This document shows positions 56,899 through 64,000 of a stretch of DNA of 64,000 nt, in pieces. The stretch is from Deinococcales bacterium (GTDB taxonomy: Bacteria; Deinococcota; Deinococci; Deinococcales; JAAFIG01), in assembly GCA_031414595.1 (NCBI GenBank), contig JANNVX010000018.1:1-64000 (forward strand), in the 5' to 3' direction. Positions within the stretch are counted from its first letter, which is position 1. Each line of letters starts with the position of its first letter. Position numbers and translations under genes: made by a program. The notes beneath the pieces are model-generated. The model was not told where the DNA came from. It was given only the letters and a program-made list of their open reading frames with translations, and ran no database searches.

Positions 56899-57704
56899 GT
56901 TGTTTGAGTTTCGGGTTGTTGTGGCTCGAGCGATTCCCATAAGGTATCATCAAACAATTGGGCTTTTTCGCCAAAGTCCTTGGTTAAGCCGCGCTGTACA
57001 AGGTAATACGCCAGTCCAAAAGCCGCAAAACTTGCCAGCGTACTTGGTAAATACAACACGCCATTGGCTTTGGCAACCATGGCGTTAAAGTCTTTTGTGC
57101 CAAATTTTGCGGTCACGATATTAAAATTAACCACAAAATTTATGACTGCCATGATGATACTTTCAATACCAATAGCCGCCGTGCCTTGAAACAATCCGCG
57201 TTTGACATTGGGCGCACTTAGTAATTTCTCGAGCAGAGGCTTGCGTTCTTCGGTCATATCCTGCATCGCAACCCGCAGAAATACAGCAAAAAAAGGTTTG
57301 CCCAGCGCAAGACTGCCGAGCATGATGACTGCAAAGACTATTGGGCGATACGAGTCTTTTAAGGCAAATTGCCAACCATCTATTTGTAAAAATGCTAACC
57401 CTCCACCAATTAAGGCACTCGAGGCGGCAACGGTGGTGATGGGGTTAAAGACCCGTGTTCGCAGTGTGTCTATTAAAATGTAAGCCACGGGTATTAGGGC
57501 TGCAATCACATAAGCCAGAACTGTGCCAATCAGGTCAGAAACCCCAAATCCAACTGCTTTGCCATCTTGTAATTCTGAGCCTAAAAAATGGATTCCACCC
57601 AGCGATAAACTTGGGGAAAGAATAGAAATAGGGATTAAAAGCGTAAAAATTAAATCCCAAACGATTTTTGGGAATCCAGCCGATTTTTTGGTAGTTGAAG
57701 CCAT
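56895..57704 (-). CDS. Membrane protein (VC0807-like)
   Basis: DLIFTLLIP, FALKD, LGKPFF, multiple TM segments. Confidence 0.65.
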   Translation of the reverse strand: MASTTKKSAGFPKIVWDLIFTLLIPISILSPSLSLGGIHFLGSELQDGKAVGFGVSDLIGTVLAYVIAALIPVAYILIDTLRTRVFNPITTVAASSALIGGGLAFLQIDGWQFALKDSYRPIVFAVIMLGSLALGKPFFAVFLRVAMQDMTEERKPLLEKLLSAPNVKRGLFQGTAAIGIESIIMAVINFVVNFNIVTAKFGTKDFNAMVAKANGVLYLPSTLASFAAFGLAYYLVQRGLTKDFGEKAQLFDDTLWESLEPQQPETQTT

Positions 57705-57780
57705 GACGTTAGCTTAACTCGAGGGAAGGCAAAAGGCGAAAGGCAAAGGTTCTACTTTCGCCCTTTGCCCTTTGCCTTCT

Positions 57781-58410
57781 TCACCTCTCGTTTTCGTCAA
57801 GGTCGGAGTGTTGTGCCATACGCTCTAAGGCAGCTTTGCTGAGCAAGGTAATGCGGCGGTAGCCACTTTGCAACAAGCCTTCTGAGCGCAGTTCGGTGAT
57901 GATTTTGGAGACACTTTCACGGGTGCTGCTGGTGCCTTCGGCAATCAGTTCGTGGGTGGCACGGACATACATGCGGTTGTTATCGTCCAAGCCGCCAAGC
58001 GGGGTTTGGGCAAGTTGCAATAAGTAACGGGCAACCCGTTGACGTAAATCACCAATTTGTAAGTGGTATTCGTATGCCATGACCCGTTGCAGTTGGTCAG
58101 ATAAGCTGCGTGTGACCACGCCAAGGCTATCGCCAGTGATGCTTTGTGGGTCTACGGGGACAAGGGTTGCGTCGGTTAGGGCTTCGACTTGATGATCGCG
58201 CCATTGCTTATTGAGTGCTTCTTCACCAAAGTAATCGCCGGGCAGCACATGGCGCACGGTCAGAACCCGTCCTTTTGGGGTCAGTTTAGCAATGCGTATT
58301 AAGCCACTTTCGACCCGAAATAACGACAAAGCTGGGTCGCCTTCGTAGTAGACAGTTTGTCCACGGCGGTAACGCATTTGGTGTGGGCGGTTCATTCCGA
58401 CATTCATCAT
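57781..58410 (-). CDS. CRP/FNR-family regulator, LdrP-like
   Basis: RHVLPGDYFGEE, ATHELIAEGTSSTRESVSKI. Start moved to 58410 (AAGGAG RBS). Confidence 0.85.
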   Translation of the reverse strand: MMNVGMNRPHQMRYRRGQTVYYEGDPALSLFRVESGLIRIAKLTPKGRVLTVRHVLPGDYFGEEALNKQWRDHQVEALTDATLVPVDPQSITGDSLGVVTRSLSDQLQRVMAYEYHLQIGDLRQRVARYLLQLAQTPLGGLDDNNRMYVRATHELIAEGTSSTRESVSKIITELRSEGLLQSGYRRITLLSKAALERMAQHSDLDENER

Positions 58411-58459
58411 AAAATACTCCTTACATTCGTTCTTTGCGTCGAATGCGCCGCCATAAGTT

Positions 58460-60025
58460 CTAAGTAGATAATGTTGCACTAGATTGATGATTTGCCGTTA
58501 AAAACCGATTTGCGGTACGGGCAGCGTTAAAACCACTGACCGCCACGCCGAGTGTGCCTTGTCCGGGGAAAACAGTCTCGCCAGCCAGTAACAAGCCAGC
58601 CAAACCAGTTGTGTGATGCAGCGCCTTAAAATTTGCGCTGTGAGGCATTTGTGGGATGCCACCAACCCTTCCGAGGCTATGCAAGGTAAAACGCTCAAAG
58701 GTACGGGGCGTTCCGCTTTCTAAAAGCACAATTGCGTCGGAAAAACCGGGGAATAGAGTCTCGAGGCGTTGTAAAATCTTGTACTCGAGATTTTGTTTTT
58801 GGTCACGGTAGGCATCTTGGCTCAAGTTAAAAAATTGTTCGGGCTTGACATGGGTCGAAATGGTCAGGCTGCGGTAGCCTTCGGGCGCACGTAAACGGTC
58901 GTCGCGGCTCGAGATAGAAACTAAAAAATTTTGGGTTAAGCCGCTTTGGTCATAATCGGTGATTTGTTCAAATAACAGTGTGTTTTTTGGTAAAACTTTT
59001 TCGTTAATCCCAATGTAAAGCGTAAATGCTCCCCAAATTTCGGGCATGTCCTTTAATTTTTCTTCGATGGATTCTAATTTGTGGTCTTGTAGCAGATTAA
59101 GGGTGTCTTGAACTGGGGCGGTGGAAATCACCACGGGTGATAAAAAGTTGCGCCCATGGGTTTCGACCCCTTTAGTTTGACTCCTTTCCACTATTAATTT
59201 TCTGGCTCGAGTCGCATAATGCACTTGTCCGCCATGGTTGTTGATGTATTGGGCTAAATCCTCGGCAATACTGGCTAATCCGCCCGGGACATACTGAGCG
59301 CCAAATCGGTAAACCTCGAGCGCATATGCGCCGTTTGGCAAGGCGCAGTGATTGGAAATGCACTGCATCGAATCGAGCAACTGACCATCTATAAAGGCTT
59401 TGTGGGCTGGGTCGGTAATCTTGTGCTTCTCGAGCAGATGACCGACGGTGTTATTTAAGTTCAGCAGCACTTTAAGTACACCTGGGTGAATTCCTTGGGC
59501 AGTATCCCAGACATCTTGTAAACTTTTCCAAGGCATACTTGGGAAGCGCTTGGCAGCGTGGTGCATTGTGTCGGCTAGGGCTTGGATTTCTGACCAAAAG
59601 GCTTGTTTTTGTTTTTCTTGCCCGGGGAAGGCGCGTGACAGTTCGTTTTTCCAGCCTGCTCGAGTGCCACTGACTTGTACTTGGCGCTCACCAAGGTGCA
59701 AACGCATCACGGGGTCAAGGTTTGGTAATTGGCGCGTAATGCCGAGTTGCTGATGAATGTTTTGCAAAATTCCATTTGGCTCGAGTCCAGCGCAGACGGT
59801 CGCACCAACCGCAAACGAGAACTTGCCAAGCGCATGGTGGCGTTCATAGCGTGCTGCACAACCACCGGGGTGAATATCGCGCTCGAGAATCCGCACTTTA
59901 CGCCCACGTTTTGCCAGTAACGCCCCAGCCACAAGCCCCGCAAAGCCAGCCCCGATAATCGTCACATCGGCGTGGAGGTCTTGGCGGTAAACTTTTGGTC
60001 GGGCAGTCTCGAGGGCTTGGGTCAT
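58460..60025 (-). CDS. Phytoene desaturase/carotenoid isomerase-family FAD oxidoreductase
   Basis: IGAGFAG, PGGCA, TPRTFERFT, GETVFPGQG. Confidence 0.8.
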   Translation of the reverse strand: MTQALETARPKVYRQDLHADVTIIGAGFAGLVAGALLAKRGRKVRILERDIHPGGCAARYERHHALGKFSFAVGATVCAGLEPNGILQNIHQQLGITRQLPNLDPVMRLHLGERQVQVSGTRAGWKNELSRAFPGQEKQKQAFWSEIQALADTMHHAAKRFPSMPWKSLQDVWDTAQGIHPGVLKVLLNLNNTVGHLLEKHKITDPAHKAFIDGQLLDSMQCISNHCALPNGAYALEVYRFGAQYVPGGLASIAEDLAQYINNHGGQVHYATRARKLIVERSQTKGVETHGRNFLSPVVISTAPVQDTLNLLQDHKLESIEEKLKDMPEIWGAFTLYIGINEKVLPKNTLLFEQITDYDQSGLTQNFLVSISSRDDRLRAPEGYRSLTISTHVKPEQFFNLSQDAYRDQKQNLEYKILQRLETLFPGFSDAIVLLESGTPRTFERFTLHSLGRVGGIPQMPHSANFKALHHTTGLAGLLLAGETVFPGQGTLGVAVSGFNAARTANRFLTANHQSSATLST

Positions 60026-60957
60026 GCTTGGAACCCCTTTTGGGCGGCTTCAAGAACTTCTAAAAGATAATCGCGGGCTTGTTCGGCGTTGTTGCCAACG
60101 TAAATACCACCGAGTTCTTGGGCTAGACTTGGGCGTTCGTTAAAGACCCGTCCGCCAAAGACAAGGGTTGGCACAACTTCTTGCAATAAATGAATTTGGG
60201 GGCGTATTGCATCTACGTTTTCGGCAGAGCCAACCGAGAGCATCACGGCGGTGGCGCGGACTTGCCTCGAGAAACGGGCTAAATCCACAATTGGCATATT
60301 TGCCCCCAAGTAATGGGTGCGGATTCCAGCCCGACGCAAAAAAATACCAATCGCCAGTGCGCCAATTTCATGGTACTCGTTTGGTCCACAAGCAATCACC
60401 GCCACAGGTCCGCCCCTTGGACTGCCCGCCATTTCAAAGAGTTGTAACATTCGCCCTTTGATAAAACTGGTGGCTTGGTGTTCGTGGGCAATCGTAATTT
60501 CGCCGCGATGCCATTTTTCGCCAATTTCGATGAGGGATGGTTGAATAATGTTTAAGACCACATCCTCCACAGGCATGGTGGCATGACCTTGGGCAAGGAC
60601 TTTTTCGGCTTTGGTCATATCGCCCTCTAAAGTTGCTAGTACCATGGCTTCGACCAACTGACTGGCGGGCATGGCTCGAGGGTGGACCCGTTCTTGGTTG
60701 TTTTGGGCTTTTGGGGCATCGCGCCATAACTGGGTGGCACGCGAAACGGGAATACCATCAAGGATATGGTTTTTGATAAATTCGATACATTCAACATCCA
60801 AAGGGCTGTACATACGGTAGCCACTCGGGGTGCGTTCTGGACTAGGGATACCATAGCGCCGTTCCCACTGCCGCAAGGTGGTTGCGGGTACGCTTGTGCG
60901 AGTTTCGACTTCGCTAGCGGTGAATAGGGGAGTGGTGTCTACAGTTTGACTGGTCAT
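60022..60957 (-). CDS. CarH/LitR: MerR-type regulator with B12-binding domain
   Basis: TLRQWERRYG..RTPSGYRMY; GEKWHRGEITIAHEH; EYHEIGA; YLGAN. Confidence 0.9.
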   Translation of the reverse strand: MTSQTVDTTPLFTASEVETRTSVPATTLRQWERRYGIPSPERTPSGYRMYSPLDVECIEFIKNHILDGIPVSRATQLWRDAPKAQNNQERVHPRAMPASQLVEAMVLATLEGDMTKAEKVLAQGHATMPVEDVVLNIIQPSLIEIGEKWHRGEITIAHEHQATSFIKGRMLQLFEMAGSPRGGPVAVIACGPNEYHEIGALAIGIFLRRAGIRTHYLGANMPIVDLARFSRQVRATAVMLSVGSAENVDAIRPQIHLLQEVVPTLVFGGRVFNERPSLAQELGGIYVGNNAEQARDYLLEVLEAAQKGFQA

Positions 60958-60974
60958 GGTTTCCTTTTGAAGAC

Positions 60975-61037
60975 TTGTGCAACCTTGTACGAACTTTGAA
61001 CAAGGTTAGTATCGTACAAGGTTTGTCAAATGTCAAG
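60975..61037 (-). promoter_or_regulatory. Candidate CarH operator and promoter
   Basis: Repeats TTGTGCAA (60975), TTGTACGA (60985), TTGAACAA (60996), TCGTACAA (61012); minus-strand TTGACA at 61031-61036 and GATACT 17 nt downstream. Confidence 0.55.
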
Positions 61038-61636
61038 GGCAGAGCCTTACTGAAAGATATTCTATCTATAACGAACTATTTTAGGTTTTATGAAAATGTT
61101 TTGATAGAACCTGTTTTGCAAAAATTAGTTTCAAGATACAATTCGTAGGTTATCTTGAATACCACTGTCTAAGGTTATCGCCTTTTGAATAAGGTTGGTA
61201 AGCCAAACTTAGATTTTCTTGTGCTTGGCGCTTCAATAGGTTTATACAATTTCTCGAGCCTCTAAAAATTGAAAATATGCTGTTTAGAAAGATGTATTTT
61301 CTAAAAATTAAGAATTTTACTAAACTTAAATTGTAAACTAATCTACAGAATAATGAAAAAATTAGGTTTGATGAATAAGACATTTGAAGTGAGCAAATCT
61401 TGCTATTTCGAGTTTAGAGTAAGTCAAGCTACAATTGAAATAAAATCTAAGATGCAAATACATTTCAAAGAATTACTTGCGGGTCATGCGGTTTGCACAA
61501 AAACTTTAGATATGCTCAAAAATTAAGTTCAGAACGAAAAGCAAAGAACTAGAAGCTACATAAATAATCCCAGTCTCGAGAAATTTAGTGTGGATAGGTG
61601 CTGTCTTTGTACCAAGAGCCATGTAAACTGTTTTCA

Positions 61637-62374
61637 ATGACCATCGTCAATAAAATGCCTAAAAATGCCAGTTACACCCTTGCCCAAAGCAGTAACTTCT
61701 TGCCTTTGACTGCCCAAATGTATGACTTATGGCGCGAACGATCTTTGAGTCTACTGACCCAAGAAAATTATTCTCTGCAACGAGAATTTGCCTTGCTGCG
61801 CGAATGGATGCAGGTGCAAGCCGAACAGACTTTTTTGGACATTGGCACAAGCACAGGTAATTATGCACGGGTTCTTGCCCAAGCAGGCGGTATGGTAACA
61901 GCCATAGACATCTCAAAACCGATGCTTGAAAAAGCCGTGGCTCGAGGCAACAACCAAAATATCAGCTATGAACACGCCAACGTCGAATACTTACCGTACC
62001 CAGACCAAAGTTTTGATGGCGTTGTGGTTGGCGCAAGCCTGAACGAATTCCATGACACCAAACGCGCCCTAGAACAAATGGCTCGAGTGCTAAAACCAAA
62101 TGGCAAACTTTTTATGATGTATTTATGCCAGTCAGACACCAGCTTTGGACGATTTGTCCAAGCCCCGTTTAAGCTCAGTGGGGTGCGTTTCCCTAACCGA
62201 ACTTGGATTGCCCAGACCCTTAGCCAACTTGGACTGCAAGCCACTCGAGCCGAAGTGCGCCGCGCCGTGGCGATAGAAATGTACACCAAGACCGAGTTAA
62301 ATTCTGAGCAGCCCCAAGCAGACCGCCCCTTGGCTCGAGCCGCCGGAAAACCTGCTCGAGAACCGATTGCTTAA
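61637..62374 (+). CDS. Class I SAM-dependent methyltransferase (UbiE/MenG-like)
   Basis: FLDIGTSTG, AIDIS, LPYPDQSFD, ARVLKPNG. Start moved to ATG 61637. Confidence 0.88.
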   Translation: MTIVNKMPKNASYTLAQSSNFLPLTAQMYDLWRERSLSLLTQENYSLQREFALLREWMQVQAEQTFLDIGTSTGNYARVLAQAGGMVTAIDISKPMLEKAVARGNNQNISYEHANVEYLPYPDQSFDGVVVGASLNEFHDTKRALEQMARVLKPNGKLFMMYLCQSDTSFGRFVQAPFKLSGVRFPNRTWIAQTLSQLGLQATRAEVRRAVAIEMYTKTELNSEQPQADRPLARAAGKPAREPIA

Positions 62375-63239
62375 GCAAATGAAATCTAATTTTGAAACAC
62401 CAGTCCAATCAACCGTGGGGGCAGACCCCCGTCGCTTGAAGCTCCGTCGCCCCTACAAAATTGTATTCAAATTGTTCCTAATGGCAATTTTGTTGACCCT
62501 AACCCAACTTATACCAACCCAAGCCCAAGACAAAACCCTAACCGTATTTGCAGCCTCGAGCCTAACCGAAGCCTTTACGCAAATCGGATTGAGCTTTACT
62601 CAACAAACAGGGACAAAGGTACGATTTCAATTTGCTGGTTCGCAAATCCTTAAAACCCAACTGGAAAATGGCGCTCCTGCTGATGTTCTTGCGACTGCTG
62701 AGCCGAGTATCAACACTCAACTCGAGCAGAGCAAAATTCTCGAGAAAAGCCAAATTTTTGCCCAAAATCGCTTGGTTGTGATTGTGCCTAAACGCGGTGC
62801 GGCTCGGGTTAAAACCTTAGCCGATTTAGCCAAGCCAAATATAAAGCTGATTATTGCCCAAGCCAATGTTCCAATTGGCAGTTACACCCGACAAGTCTTG
62901 CAAAAACTCGAGGACAGCAAACGCTACGGCACAGATTTTGCGGCTCGAGTTCTTAAAAATGTGGTTTCTGAAGAAAACAATGTGCGGCAGGTGCTGCTCA
63001 AAGTCAGGTTAGGCGAAGCCGACGCAGGAATTGTCTATGTGACCGATGCAACCCCAGAAATTCGTTCTAGCCTGATCCAAATTGCTATCCCAGAACGCCA
63101 GAACGTGATTGCCCAATACCCAATTGGGGTCGTGCGCCAATCTAAGAATCTTATTTCCGCCAAGGAATTTATGCAGTATGTACTTAGTCCAGCTTCACAA
63201 GGTATCTTGCAGTCATGGGGTTTTCTCAAAAAACCATAA
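62367..63239 (+). CDS. modA: Molybdate ABC transporter substrate-binding protein (start uncertain; REP-derived sequence at 62415-62456)
   Basis: VFAASSL, FAGSQ, GAPADV, VPIGSY, GEADAGIVYVTD. Confidence 0.92.
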   Translation: MLKQMKSNFETPVQSTVGADPRRLKLRRPYKIVFKLFLMAILLTLTQLIPTQAQDKTLTVFAASSLTEAFTQIGLSFTQQTGTKVRFQFAGSQILKTQLENGAPADVLATAEPSINTQLEQSKILEKSQIFAQNRLVVIVPKRGAARVKTLADLAKPNIKLIIAQANVPIGSYTRQVLQKLEDSKRYGTDFAARVLKNVVSEENNVRQVLLKVRLGEADAGIVYVTDATPEIRSSLIQIAIPERQNVIAQYPIGVVRQSKNLISAKEFMQYVLSPASQGILQSWGFLKKP

Positions 63240-64000
63240 ACACAAAAGCACCTGTGTGGTTACTGATGATGGCGCTGGGGCTGATCGTGTTTTTGCTTCT
63301 GCCTGTGGCGATTATTCTCTTGCGGGGGTTGTCCAGCCTTGGTTCAATCTCGAGCAATGCAGTTCTCGAGGCGTTGCGGGTCAGTGCTTGGACAACTGCC
63401 ACAACCGTTGTTATTACAATTGCCTTTGGAACGCCCGTGGCATATTTGCTGGCGCGGTTTGAATTCTGGGGCAAACAAGCCTTGGATGCCGCCCTAGATT
63501 TGCCCTTGGTGTTACCGCCCGTTGTGGCTGGGCTAGGATTACTGCTGACCTTTGGGCGCAATGGTTTTCTGGGTTCTGGACTCGAGATGGCTGGAGTACA
63601 ATTGGCATTTTCCCCTGCGGCTGTGGTCATGGCACAACTTTTTGTGGCAGCCCCATATTATATTCGCACGGTTCGGGCGGGTTTAGTGCAACTCGACCCA
63701 GATTTTGAAAATGCAGCAAGGGTAGATGGTGCTAACGAAACAATTGTGCTACAACGAATTACTTTGCCCTTACTCAGACCAGCCCTCCTCGAGGGGATTG
63801 TTTTAACGTGGACAAGGGCATTAGGCGAATTTGGCGCAACCATTCTTTTTGCAGGTTCACTCGAGGGCAGCACCCGCACCATGACTTTAGCGGTGTATGG
63901 GGCGCTTGAGTCGGATTTTTCGGCTGCCTTGGTGCTTTCTGGACTGATGGCAGCCATTGCTTTTTTAGTGCTTTTTTTGTTGCGTTCTCGAAAAAATTAG
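63215..64000 (+). CDS. modB: Molybdate ABC transporter permease
   Basis: DLPLVLPPVVAG, ENAARVDGA, RALGEFGATI. Confidence 0.93.
   Translation: MGFSQKTINTKAPVWLLMMALGLIVFLLLPVAIILLRGLSSLGSISSNAVLEALRVSAWTTATTVVITIAFGTPVAYLLARFEFWGKQALDAALDLPLVLPPVVAGLGLLLTFGRNGFLGSGLEMAGVQLAFSPAAVVMAQLFVAAPYYIRTVRAGLVQLDPDFENAARVDGANETIVLQRITLPLLRPALLEGIVLTWTRALGEFGATILFAGSLEGSTRTMTLAVYGALESDFSAALVLSGLMAAIAFLVLFLLRSRKN

Noticed and set aside
61040-61600. Replication origin
   Set aside because: Only one DnaA-box-like word (TGTGGATAG near 61589) was seen, and no dnaA or rep gene is nearby.

Overview
Bacterial chromosomal window, most likely from a Deinococcota member. This is inferred from the CarH/LitR-LdrP light module, the IleRS2 with a non-canonical xxHH motif, many leaderless genes and the extreme excess of CTCGAG. 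Core content: glpD, trpC, ileS, gatA, fni, tRNA-Cys and tRNA-Val, ABC transporters, modAB, four GGDEF proteins, a form I aerobic CO dehydrogenase cluster (coxMSL, coxG, coxF/xdhC, coxD, coxE) and a type II R-M pair. The most striking locus is 13.1-17.6 kb. There an Ile-specific T-box riboswitch lies about 4.2 kb upstream of ileS. The gap holds co-oriented accessory genes: two paralogous putative immunity proteins, a PtuA/PtuB (Septu/retron-effector-like) pair and a membrane protein. These genes are delimited by GTAG-type REP doublets and by a 39-bp duplication of the ileS start, and one gene sits precisely inside a REP doublet. The REPs are themselves hit by a 286-bp MITE and by a ~39-bp mini-element. 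At the left edge, an AT-rich segment (full polyprenyl synthetase plus an IS-disrupted DUF4062-like gene) abuts a 5'-truncated host polyprenyl synthetase. All family assignments come from motif recognition by eye; no searches were run.
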